Below, piece by piece: positions 38,931 through 51,304 of a DNA stretch of 64,000 nucleotides (its first letter is position 1; each line of letters begins with the position of its first letter). The translations under genes were made by a program, and so were the position numbers. The notes under the pieces are model-generated. The model made no database searches. It saw only the letters and a program-made list of their open reading frames with translations, and had not been told where the DNA came from. This stretch comes from Stylophora pistillata (lineage: Eukaryota): contig NW_019218304.1 in NCBI RefSeq assembly GCF_002571385.2, forward strand, positions 91,665-155,664. The letters run 5' to 3'.

Positions 38931-39393
38931 GGAGGGGGGTGAATAGGCTAACCGATCGGTGGATTCTGAGAATTATTTTGCCCGGATTTCGGATTTAGAG
39001 CAAAATTTTAACGGATTTGCGGATCCAGAGATTGCAACGGTTCGCGGTTTCGTCGATTTTTGAGGTTCGGATTTTTTATTTTGCTTGTGAGGAAGTTCGG
39101 ATCGTGGATCTGAACGATCATCAAAAATGCGTTGTTTTCTGAGTATGTTATTTTTGTCACGGACGAGACTTTCTGCATGTCACGCATCAGGGAAATAGTA
39201 ACGCACTGGGACGTCTGCTGTGTTCGTTGTCCAAGACACTGTACCCCACCGATTGCGATTCGCTCGATGATAAAGCCATTGCCTAGCTACCTTATAAGGT
39301 AACACACAACAGCTCAAGGTGCGTTTTCCACCTTTTTACGAGACAAGTAGCGAACAGATCGGCAGATTTGCATACCCCTATTCACCCCCCTCC
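38931..39393. mobile_element. MITE with GGAGGGGGGTGAATAGG termini
   Basis: Left ggaggggggtgaatagg, right cctattcacccccctcc, with internal cggat subrepeats. Confidence 0.7.
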
Positions 39394-39756
39394 CATAGTC
39401 GTAGGCTTGTGAGAGTGCAATGACTCCTTACCGTGTAACACAACTCGTACCGAAGATTAAAGCTGTTAAATGTCTTATAAGAGCGTAAAAGCTCTTACAA
39501 AAGCTGGAGTTATAACACAAGCCGGATCTGGGTACTTTGGCTTGTGTGACGAGAACTAACTCGTCAAACGATCACCTGGAAAAAAAAATTACTCGAGACC
39601 ACGCTTTAATCCAAGATGGCTGACTCAGACGCCATATGACGTTAGACCACGTGACATACGTTTTACTCTCGTCGACAAATAAATAAATAAATAAATAAAT
39701 CCGATGATGCCATATTGTGGCTACACAATCTGTGTAAGCCACACAAAAAGAGAGCG

Positions 39757-41402
39757 CGGAATGGAAGAACAAGGAATGAGGAATAAGGAATGGGGAATGG
39801 GGAATGAAGAACGAGGAATGGGAAACGGAGAACGAGGAATGGGGAATGGGAAATGTATAATTGGGAATGGGGAATGAGGAATGGGAAATGAAGGATGAGG
39901 AATGGAAAATGTAGAATAAGAATGGGGAGTCGGGAATGGGGAATGGGGAATGGGTAATGGAGAATGAGGAATGGAGAATGGGAATGGGGAATCTTCAAAA
40001 GCAGGAATCTTTAAAATGTGGAATTTTTAAAAGCGAGAGCTTTTAAAATGTGAAATATTTAAAAGTGAGAATCTTTAAAATGAGGAATCTTTAGACTGCG
40101 TGAGATGAAATCGACCAAATGAATGAGCGGTCTGAGGAGAAGTCGCTCTTTTTTCAATCTTACGCAAGTGAATTCCATCAAAATTCAAGACTGTTGACAC
40201 AGGTAAAACTACGCTACAATGGAAGGGCAGTCAGTAAATGTCTTCAACACTCAACATGATTAGATTGCTAAAATAATTTCAGCATCAGAATCATTATTTT
40301 GATCAACATGTTTCGCTGTGGCAATTCCCTACAAACCGTCGTGAACGACTCAATTTTTTGGTGTCTGTTCAGGTGTGAAATATACAAATTTGTCTAGACA
40401 AACTGTCGCGCTTCTTCATTCACAGTCATTGGAAATCCATACTGTCAGGCACCGACATTAATTTGAACGCATGACAAGGCTTTACAAACGACATTAAACA
40501 GGATTTGGCCGAAAATAAATCTTGATTAAAGGAAGTTTTGTAAATGCAGAGACACAAACACGGTAATTTGACGGTGGTGTGTACAGAAACTTTCACGTAT
40601 CATTGTTAATAAAATACGTAGAGAGCTGACTGTAACGAAAATACTCATTGAAGCGCGCTTCAGATTTCGAAACTTTATACTCATTTACGTTTCCAAAAAG
40701 CTTTTAAAACATTTCTTGGTTGCTTTATTGTCTGATATGAAATGTTCACCCGAGCATGACAGCGATTTTACTACAGTTGGACGATCAATAAGCATAATAT
40801 CTACTGTAACAAAAATTATAGTTCTTTGATGAAAAATCGCCGGCAAACGTGCTAAAAGTTCCGGCTGCCGCCGGCACCCGGCTGCTATTTTGAACCCTGA
40901 GGATAATACCGAAGAACGATGTAGATCAGAGTGTTCAATAATAATTACTAATAGGGCTGATAACTGACCTACCATCCAGGCTAATAAAAAAATAGTAATC
41001 GAGTGGCACCGCCATCCGCCGAAAAAATTGATACGTTTTTAAAGATTACTCGTTTTAAAGATTCTCTATTTTAAAGTTTTCCGCTTTTAAAAACTCCTCA
41101 TTTTAACGATTTTCCATTCCCCATTCCCCATTCCTCATTCTCCATTTCTCAGTTACTATTCTTCGTCTTCATTTCCAATTCCCCATTCCCCATTCCCCAC
41201 TTCCCACTCCCCATTCTCTATTCTCCATTCTTCATTCTCCATTCTGCATTCTGCATTCTCCATTCTCCATTCTTCATTCTCCATTCTCCATTTCCCATTC
41301 TCTTTTCTTCATTCTCCATTCTCCATTCTCATTCACTATTCCACATTCCTTATTTTCCGTTCTCCGTTCTTTATTCTCCATTCTCCATTCTCCATTCTCC
41401 AT
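39757..41402. repeat. Foldback-like element with inverted arms of (GGAAT/GGGGAAT/GAGAAT)n plus GAATCTTTAAAA repeats
   Basis: Purine-rich array and ttaaaa units at 39757-40095 are mirrored by the complementary array at about 41035-41402, around a ~0.9-kb non-coding core. Confidence 0.7.
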
Positions 41403-41674
41403 TAATCATTTATAAATTATGCTAGTAAAAGTGGCATATTATGCTAGTAGCATTGCTTTTTTTTTTGGCCAAATTATGCTAACATTATGCTCTTTTTTCC
41501 AAATTATGCCACCGTTTTTTTAAATTATGCTCTTTGAAAAAATGCAAATAAGTCCAAAATATATATTTTTTAACTAGAAGCCGTTCGTCTACAGGAAAGA
41601 AACGCAACAAATCCACAATGAATTTCAAATAAACATGTGGTTCAGGTTANNNNNNNNNNNNNNNNNNNNNGCTA

Positions 41675-41891
41675 CGAGTATTTCTACTCCCCCCTGGATG
41701 GGATGCCAGTCCATCGCAGGGTTACCCCTATCATTAAATTTGCTGGTACCCATTTATACACCTGGGTGAAGAGAGGCACTGTGAGAGTAAAGTGTCTTGC
41801 CTAAGAACACAACACAATGTCCCGGCCGGGGCTCAAACCCGGACCACTCTATCCAGAGTCGAGCGCACCAACCGTGAGGCCACCTCGCCCC
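41675..41891 (-). mobile_element. tRNA-derived CORE-type SINE
   Basis: Minus strand has head gaggtggcctcacggttggtgcgctcgactc..gggtttgagccc, then the MIR-core-like taggcaagacactttactctcacagtgcctctcttcacccaggtgtataaatggg. Confidence 0.75.
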
Positions 41892-42012
41892 CACACATGC
41901 AGTTAAATATTACAATTATTATGGTCTTAAACTACTGTAGTGAAGTGACAGCATTTCAATGTTTGTTTAATATTCTACTAAGCTACAGCTATACATAACA
42001 ATTTAAAATCAG

Positions 42013-42043
<31 letters not shown>

Positions 42044-42477
42044 CGAATTTTTATACAGGATTGAAAACCCATCAGTGTGTAACACTGTTGTCCTTGGGGT
42101 CCTGTGTTGTCCTTGGGGTCCTGTTTCATTTACCTACATTTACCTGTTTCATTTTTCATTTACAGCTTCATTTGCCCACTGTTCATTTTGAATGTAATGT
42201 ACAATTCATTTAATTCAAGATCCAATACAACATGATTATACATGCATGTCTCAGCTTTGGCTCCATGCACTTTACTTATACCCGGTAAAACCAGTTACAA
42301 TATTGCAGAGCTAACATGCTACATACACTAAAATATTCAGTTCTGTTTATTTAACTAAAATGGCATATACAACATGCTTTTATCAGGTTAGTTCTAACAT
42401 GTTGCATTAAAACATTAATTATTTTATTCATTATTGTGTCTCTGTGTGTAAAAAAATGCATTCTTGTTAAGATACAT

Positions 42478-43500
42478 TTACTTCATGCAGTGTGGGTCAG
42501 TGAAATTAGTTCTTATGTACAAATCTAAAATGTTTAAAATTTCTGAGCCACCCTCATGACTACTTTGTTCTTCTTGTGTAGGCAATGGCATAATATGTAC
42601 AGTCATGTGGGACCTAGAAAGACAAGTAGTTGGAGGTTGGAAGACATTTGGAAGGTTTTGTAGACACAAATGGCATTCTTGTGGTAGATCATAAATTGGT
42701 AGTTCCTCCCCATAGTTCCACACCTTTAGCACTGCTAGCTGCATGAGTCTTTGTACTTGTCCATCAGGTGTACTCGTAACTCCCTCAATTACTGTTGGGC
42801 TGAATGACCTTTGTCCCTCCAGTGTGGATGTTCCCTTGGCAGAAGCCTTCCAGTGAAGTTTAAGTTTGTGACCATCAGCTTTTATTGACTGAATCATATC
42901 TGGTAAGTCATTGTTTGCTTTCTTTTCTATCCAAGCTTTAGGGTAAACATCCTTTGCTGTAAGTGGCCCATGTGTGCTGTTTTCTCTAATCTTGTTTAAG
43001 TTCTTTCTTGCCTCTTGCAAAAGGTCTGTGGTGAGTATTTGGGCCTATTCTTTCATTCTTTCTTCATGAACTTCACTACGNGCTGTTTGCTAGGACGTAA
43101 GCTCGAGGCTTGCTCTCTATAGGGCACCAGGTGTGAACACCCACTATGTGCCACTCTTCTCCCTTGTGGGAGTCATCGCTCCGGAGATGAAAATCGCACT
43201 TGGAGTTTGAAAAGCGCTTCAGTAAAATTAGTTTGTCTGCTTCACCTAAGAGAACATTCCAGCCAGAAAGTGTACTTGGGGAGACAACAAAGTTTGTTGG
43301 GTGGCTACAGTCAAACAGAATATTGAAAATCAGATGTAATGCTACAGGTGGGTTTTGATAAGCTAACAAAGATGCATGTTGCATGGATCTGACACAAGCC
43401 ATAAACATCAAAATTCTTGGGTTGTATCCATTGTTACCATGTGCAAATGTCTCCACAAGGGAATATCCCTTTTTGACAAACTGATTGTTCCCCTGCAATT
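42478..43500 (-). pseudogene. Degenerate coding fragments, possibly a DNA transposase
   Basis: Two adjacent ORFs of 140 and 180 aa with protein-like composition. FHLRSDDSHKG resembles an RNase H-fold strand ending in Asp. There is no splice structure and the family is not recognised. Confidence 0.3.
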
Positions 43501-45071
43501 TCTTTTTCAGTTTTGAGGAAGCAGGTCTTGTCTCCCTTGGCTTGTTGCCGACTTATTTTTCTTTTTTTTTCAGTCGACGTAAGTTTGTTTTGACACTTTT
43601 TCAGTTGAATTTATAGCCTCAACGCGTCTTTTTTCAATGGGATGTTCTTTCCTTTTACAAATACTGAAATTATGGAACGGTGACAATTTAATAACTCACG
43701 GATTTCACACGATAGAGTATGGAAACAAAGAATACAAAGTAAAAATGCCTGACTAGAAAAAATAAATCTAGTAAAAAAATGGTTATCACAATTGTAAGGT
43801 TGAATAACTGAAACTATTACTATTACGTTTCCATGGCGGTCCGTCTGCAGATAATTTTGTTCACGTTTGTTAGAACTTCCAACTTAATCCTTATAAAACT
43901 TCACTCATTAAACTCTCGATACTGTATGACGCTTAAAGATACACGTCGTTATGATTTGCTGCCCGTAAAATTAACTTGCCTGTACATTTATTACTGACTA
44001 TGCGGCCATATCGACTACTCTACCTTAGCATTCGAGAAGTTTTTTTTTTCGGCTTCCGTTTGGTGAGATTGTTATCGGTTTTTGATTAATACCATTGAAA
44101 AGTGGTATCAACTACGATCCCGCAAGTTGCAACCGGCGAAATTTCAGAATGGGAATGAAAATCAGTCACCGTAATTGGTGGCTCAGACAATCTGCAGTAG
44201 TATTCGTAGACATTTGCAAGTGTTTGCATTTCCATTCCCTCCTGAAAAACACTTGCCTAGACTGCGTCTTAAGGTTTTGACTGTTCCTTTTAGATTGGCG
44301 TTTTCGGATCTCAAACCCTTACACTCTCTCGAGTCGATCGAGTCTTTTTTCACATAAAAAGCTGCACACTTGCACTGCAACGCTGCTTTCTTCTATTTCT
44401 TCGAAATAATTCGCATATTTTCTCGGCTTCTTTTTGACTGGTGGCTGATTTTTGCAAGAAAACTGGCTGCCGTGAGCTCTTTTACGTGCCACAAGGTCTC
44501 ATCGTCGGCGAGTCGGCCGGCGATTTAATTGACAACTCACGGCACGAGCCCGCGTTCTTTTTCTCAAGCAGTGTTACAAAGTAATGTAATCTGCGCATGT
44601 CTGAGATTCTCATGGGGTTACGGTTTCCATGGGTGGGGTACCTTTCCGTGAGGCCTAAATTTTGCGCTATAGAAATCATAAAATTATTAAATCATTATAC
44701 GAAAAAATCCTTAGTCTTTATGCTTTCCACTTTTGGTAGAACAGCCAACAACAATGCATAAAACCATCCCTTCTTTCTCACATGAATTCTTCGTTAGATA
44801 CGGTTTGTTTATGCTCGAGGGACACCAAGATGGCGGATAGTAACCGTTGCTAAGCTATTGGTCACGTGGGTGAAACCCAAGAACGGAAACGAACCTCACT
44901 CGTGAAAAATCACGCAATCACCATTAATCTTGTGACACGATTCGAGAACTGCTAGATATTTTGATTATTATAGATGTTTTATGAATATGAAGATCTCTTC
45001 GAAACAGTAATCAGTGTTTAGACGACACACGGCGTCTTCTCTTGCCATTTAGCCAAATTATTAGATACAAG

Positions 45072-48000
45072 ATGCCTGTCAAACACGCCTCAACAAAACG
45101 TAGCGGAAGAGTTCAACAGACCGATAAACCAGGGTGGGATGGTTTAAGTGGCAAGGTTTCCAACATGGTTGAACAGGCCAAGATGCTTTTTGATTCTTTA
45201 TTTACCATCATCTGGAATCAAGCAAAGAACATTTTCGACAAAATGGATCACTTGAGCGGTCATTCTTCTGCTGGTTACGCGGCAGTTGCGACGATAAAAG
45301 TTATCGCCATATTGTTCATGATTATTGTTGCGGTCGAGTGCATATTTCATTTTCGATCTTATTTCTGGTTGTTATGCGGATATTTGAGTTCTCTCCTATA
45401 TTTCGCTGCTGCGATAATAGTTCGAGGTGCAACTTTGATTTTGGCGAGCGTATGGGCTATTTTGAAGCATCTTTTCGACTTCATCTGGAAAATCCTTATG
45501 GGATCGATAAGAGTTGCCATCTATTACTTGAGGCCCACCATGTTATTCGCTTTCAGTGGCGCGACTACTGTTTTGCATGACCTAATTATAATTTTCTCAA
45601 GATGGGCCTTGAATCTTGGGATTGACTGGAGAAGTTTTTCTCAGCTGTTTTGTTTGTACGGCATGGTGAAAGTGGTTTCGCTTTGGATCAAACACGGCAC
45701 AAGAGTTTTATGTGACAAGATTTCTAGTGCCGTTGAACAGGTCAAAAGGCAATTTGATGCTATGTTTACCATCTTCTCTAACCATGCAAGGATTATTCAA
45801 GACAAACTGGATCGTTTTAGTCGACATTCATTCGCTGGTTACGCAGTGGCGGCGGCCATAAAGATTTGTGTCATGTTTGTAGTGACAGCCTTTGTTGTCA
45901 AGTGCGTGTGGATAATGCTTGGATATCTTTCTATAATATCAATCCAGATCTTGTATTTTTCTGTGATGTTTATCACTAGAGGCACGAGAATGCTCATGAA
46001 TTATATGAGTGCTTCCTGTGAGAATATCCTGATTTCCTTTTGGAAAACGTTGAAGGGCTCAACCATAACTGCCTTTCGTTTTCTTAAATCTTTTCCATTA
46101 CCTTCTTTTACTGTTGTGGCTCTTATTTTATCTTACGTTATAAGTATTTTGCAAATTTGCATTTTGTGTGGTGCATTGATTATTCTTTGTTCAAAGACTT
46201 GGAACAAATATAGAGGAAAAATTCAGCAAGGCGTCAGTTTCTGGATTGGTTTTTGCCACAATGTTTTCAGTACTACTACTCCGGCCAAGACAGGTTTTTA
46301 TTCTTTACTTGCCGCCTGCAAAAGCCTAGCAAGGGTAATTCAAGTCAAAATTGATTGTTTGAGAAGACATTCGTCGGCTGCTAACATGATAGTGAAGGCG
46401 ATCAAAATTGTTGGTATTTTGTTTGTGGTTACCCTTACAGTCGAGACCGTCTTTCATTTCAGATCATATTTTTGGTTGTTGCTACGATTTCTAACTTACC
46501 TCCTACACCTGGCCGTGGCATACATCATCAGAGTTCCAAGCGTAATCTGGAAAAATCTGGTTGCTATTTTAGAGTATGTTCGAAGAGCTAACTCGGAGAT
46601 CTTCCTGGTACTCACCAAACTTGCCCTTGAGCACCTAACAACGATCTCTTCGCTTGCTTCAAATTACTCCAGTGTTTTAAATTACCAAACTAAATCGATC
46701 TCAAAGACTACCGTCAATTTAACAAAGAGCTGGAAGGGTATTTTACAAGTATGCCTCTTGCTTGGGGTACTAGCGCTGGTGTTACTTTGGCGTCTCAGGG
46801 CTAAAGCTTTTAGTAGGAACTTGTTACGAGGTAATGTACTTGCTGTTGAATGGTTGGCCGAGGCTAAAATATGTGACTGACTGCCAACTGATGGGGAGTG
46901 ACATACCAATCAGTCGAAAAGACCGACTGACAGACCAGCCAACCGACTTACTTATTACTGACCGCTTGATCATGATTGGCAGACGAAACAACCAACAAAA
47001 CGACCGACTGCCTGAGTGACGCACTGGCTTGACTGGCTGGCTGGATGACTGACTGACTGGTTGGCGGAGAAGAGGTCGCGCAGTTGTTTGCGCTGACTAC
47101 CTAATCAACTGAATAGGTTTGATTTATAGATTGACCTGTTGATCTTTGAAATGATGTATTACCCTATTTTTTTTTACACCTTTCCGTAGCAGCTGGTTGT
47201 GAGTCCACGCCTTACTGTTGGCAGTTCAAAGAGGAAGATTCGTATTCCTGGAGAACCTTTGGCCCTTCTGACAATGAGGCTTTGGAAGAGCTTTATTGTG
47301 ACGTGGATAATCTGGAAGTTAACGTGAACCTTAAAGATACTGCATTGAGGTAGGACAAAAGAGGAAAGAGTGAAAGGCTATATTCATTAATGTCATAGGA
47401 GGGCACTGCACATGTTTAGTCGAGTAGTTGGATATGTCGTCATTGCAAACACTGTACCGTGTTTATCAGCATGCAATATTAATGAGATCTAGAGGTAAAC
47501 AATAGTCTTAACGGCTTTGCACCATTTGGTATCGGTAATGAATTTGTCAGAATTGCGCGGAGAAATGTTTTTGATTGTTTCTTAAAATGATTAGGTGTGA
47601 TTGCCCGGTTTGATCGTGCAGGCAATCCTCGCTCTGATTAAGACCTTCGCCGTTAGTAGTGACTAGCATTTTAATTACTAAAGCAAACGTCATCGTCAGA
47701 ATTAAGCGAATCCTTGACTCTGAAACTGCCATCCCTCAGGCTGTAAAAATGTTAGTCAGTGAAATTATAACAATCCCTTTCGGGAATGCCTTCATCCGGA
47801 CGTTAAGACTAGTACTCAATCCTTCTTCTTTGCAGCATTTTTATGAAGTCAGCATCACAGATGTCAGTTAATTACGAAGAGATGTCCATGAACTCGCCCT
47901 CCTCTGTCCAGTTCTTGCTCCGTCGATGCTCAACACCGTCATACGTTCAGGAGCCGAACAACAAGTCATCTACACAGTGGGTTTGGTATTGGAAAGACAA

Positions 48001-49729
48001 CAATGGTTGGAAGAAATACGCTGAAACGATAGTAAGAAGTAGTAGAGAGAAATGATTTTGTAATACAAAATATTTGTAATCAAAAGCTTCCGTAAGTTTT
48101 CGTTTTATACAAGGCTCTGTGTTACATGCACTGACTTTGACGTTGAAGTGTGGTGAATGGCGTCTTGTTTGAGTACGTGAGCGCATTTGATAAGTCAATA
48201 CATTATAGTTTTTGGTGACTGCAGTGCACCTGGCTTGAGAAAATATGCTTTTGGACTCACTCTATTTATGTGGAGTTACACAGATAGGCCTTACTTTTCA
48301 TCTTCTTTTTTAGCAGTCATCTGGCGCTAAACAAGAAAAGATAGAAGCTGCCTATTTGAATGATGAACGCACTTATTCCTTTGGAAGTGGTTCACACAAT
48401 TACATTCTCAAATTCTGCGAAACACCAATGTACCAAATGAATACGGACCCAGACCTCCTTACCAAGCGACAAGTTAGAAGGAGGCCATTGTTTGCTTCAA
48501 AATCAGAACCTCAGGACACCAATAGGCAAGTGGCTGCGGATTGCTACTCACTGATATGCAATCCGAAAGGAAGGGATTTGGCCTGCTCGATTGACATAAA
48601 GCAACCCCTTATTTGCTGTCGTCTCAATTGTAATCGACAGGAAGGGTTGGGGTCTGTCAAAGTTTGACGTCTTATAGTGTGCGCGTTATCATCAAGGAGG
48701 AAGCAGGTGTCCTTGTTGAAATACACATTTGATTCCGTTTTCATTTTTAATACCATCATCAGTTCTTTAAAACCTTGGTGTTGCTAAAAGCTGCACGTAT
48801 ATCCCTGTAATTGTAGCAAGTGGTCACCCATTTCCGTTTATCTAGCACATTTCATTTTTCAATCTATTTAGGTATCTGAGAGGCAAAGCTAAAGATTTTG
48901 AACGAACGCGTTTGGAAAAGGACTGTAAGGAATACCGAACTGTAAGTCAGCGTTTTCATGAAACATTGCCGGAACACAAGGCTTCCATATTGATGGTGGA
49001 AAAAATTCAGAATGACGAGTTGCGTGAGAGATACGAAAGGTGAGACTTTTATGCTAAGATATTTTAAGAAACGGTTAATACGATGTACAGCAAATAAAGG
49101 TTGTGTGCAGAAATTACTAGGAACAGCTACACATGTACATAGTGTCTAAGGCTTCAGCCACAATAATCTTGTTTTTCTTCTAGTTTGACTTTGCCTAAGT
49201 CACGGCAGTCGGCCATTAGGTTAGTTTAACTTAGCCACCAAACGCCTCACAACTACACTCTTACTGATCAATCTTCTCTGTGTCTTTTTCCCCCTTCAGT
49301 AAGCGCGAACGAATTCAAAGGAAACTAACACTTAGAGGGCACGATGAGATTGAAAAGTTTCTGTTCCATGGTACAGCATCAGACGTTGTTGATGCCATCT
49401 GCAAACATAATTTTGACCACAGATTGCGAGGGAAGAATGGGACACAATACGGAGAAGGGAGCTACTTTGCTGTAAATGCCTCCTATAGTAATAACTATAC
49501 TGAAAGTGATGGCAAGAGAACGAGGTATATGTTTCTGGCAAGCGTGTTAACTGGTGAATCCAAGCTTGGACGTAGAAACTTACGTCGACCGCCTTTGCAA
49601 GATCCAAGTAATCTTACCAGCGATTTGTACGATTCTTGTGTTGACGACGAAAATCAACCAAAGATCTATGTCATTTTTAACGACGAACAGTGCTATCCTT
49701 CATATTTGATTAAATATGTCTTGAAATAG
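45072..49729 (+). CDS. PARP-C: predicted multi-pass membrane WWE-WWE-PARP mono-ADP-ribosyltransferase; about 974 aa
   Basis: Exons 45072-46830, 47190-47349, 47836-48031, 48314-48525 (GC donor, AG|GCAAGT), 48872-49039 and 49300-49729 give a 2925-nt open frame with the same intron phases as PARP-A and PARP-B. Exon 1 is 586 aa of hydrophobic repeats. Downstream motifs: PYCWQF, WVWYWKDNNG, VRRRP, FLFHGT, NFDHRLRGKNGTQYGEGSYF, YDSCVD, KIYVIF..QCYPSY. Confidence 0.8.
46875..47080. repeat. Degenerate (GACT/GACC)n tetranucleotide repeat in PARP-C intron 1
   Basis: gactgactgcc..gaccgactgacagaccagcc..gactggctggctggatgactgactgactgg. Confidence 0.75.
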
Positions 49730-50819
49730 TTTAAAGCTAAGAAGCCATATGCATCACCATGGTAAACAGTCAGACACAAGCGCCTTCAGCGATCCTATCA
49801 TTTGCAGGGGGATCCTGAAATGAAATCCCATTGAATTGAGGGAAATAATAGGTTAAAAAATAATAATAAAAAATAATCAGAAACCAAGAAAAATAAATTA
49901 CCTCAGTGTATTATCTATGGCTTGATGTACCATATAATTCACTCACCGTCTAAGCGTGAAAGGGTAAGCTCCTTTTCTGTCAAATAATCAAAATTTAAGT
50001 TGAAAGTCAATTAAACATCTGAAATCAGGGTTTATTACGATTTGAGTGCATGCGTACTTTTCTAGGGTCTCGAGAATTACTTTGTACGTTATTTCAGTTT
50101 GAAGGAAAGTACTAATTTAGCTTCTGTTATACCTTAAAATTTTTCAATTTTCTATGGGTTTAGCAGTGCAATAAACGGCAGGTTTTTTTAACCAATCAAG
50201 GTGTTCGTATATTATTTTAGATGTGTTACAAATGGCAATGATTGTTTTGAAAATGAAAACTCCATAGAAACGAGGGCTAGGATCCGCCACCATTGCAGAA
50301 AATATTGAAAACTCCCTTCATCATTAGTTGCCCAGGCCAACTAAGCGTTGAGAAGCGTATTATCAACATTCATCATCATAATTTGCTTCTTTGACTCACA
50401 CCGCTCCCATACCACTGTGCTGGAAGCAGAACGTGTTCCGTCATGAATTTTACGACGAGCAAAAGTTTTCATCACAATCAGTACTTCTTGACAGAATTCA
50501 ATTTTAGTAACATTCATCCTTGATTTTCCACTGTAAATAGGGTCCACAAAATTCGACTGAGACTGAGGCCCACAAAAGTTTTTATGAACCTCCTCCTGCC
50601 GTCACTTTCGTGTGATTTATGCCTCATCATTAAAAATGGCCGCTAGAATCATCCCCATCTAAACTCAGTTATCCCTATCGATTGTTTCTTACAATTTAAG
50701 TGACTCTATCTTCATCAGCAAAGTTATAACTTTATTGAAGAGGTTACAGTTACTAAGATCGAAGACGACTCGCTTTAGTGCAGACTTCCCTCAAATCATT
50801 AATTGGAATATCCTTAATT

Positions 50820-50960
50820 CAACGTTAAAAGTGAAAAGGGTGAATATCGCGAGGGAAACCATCGATCAACTTTCCGTTTCAAACGCGCGTTCGTACTTTT
50901 TTTTTATTAATGTTGACACGGTATGAAACGAAACCGAAAATGTTAACTTCACTTTCGTAA
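50820..50960 (+). promoter_or_regulatory. IRF/ISRE-rich relic promoter of the PARP-C-like pseudogene
   Basis: GAAACGAAACCGAAAA at 50925-50940, TTCACTTTC at 50948-50956 and AAGTGAAAAG at about 50829. The region is partly homologous to the PARP-C upstream sequence at about 44860-44920. Confidence 0.5.
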
Positions 50961-51131
50961 AAAATTACGCAATTGCCACTTCTGGCAGAGACACCTACTT
51001 TTACAACTGAAGACTTGTTAATTTTATAGATGAGTTTTCAGAATACTCTACCAAGGGGCGATTGAAACAGTAAATGAGACTTAGAAGATACACGAGTCTT
51101 ACCGCTGATATTGAGCAAAACTCTTCGATAC

Positions 51132-51290
51132 ATGATGCCTCTAAAGAACGATTCCAGGAGACATCTCGGAAGCCTTTAACAGACCGAGTGGAATGGTTTA
51201 CGTAGCAAAATTTTCGATACGGTTAATCAGGCCAAGATGCTCGTTGATTCTTTTTGTACCATCATCCGTAACCAAGCAAGGATGATTTCC
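51132..51290 (+). pseudogene. Truncated duplicate of the PARP-C 5' end
   Basis: Reads MMPLKNDSRRHLGSL*QTEWNGLRSKIFDTVNQAKMLVDSFCTIIRNQARMI against PARP-C MPVKHASTKRSGRVQQTDKPGWDGLSGKVSNMVEQAKMLFDSLFTIIWNQAKNI. There is an in-frame TAA at 51177, the 5' UTR also aligns, and homology stops at a LINE. Confidence 0.8.
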
Positions 51291-51304
51291 TTTGATGATT
51301 CACT

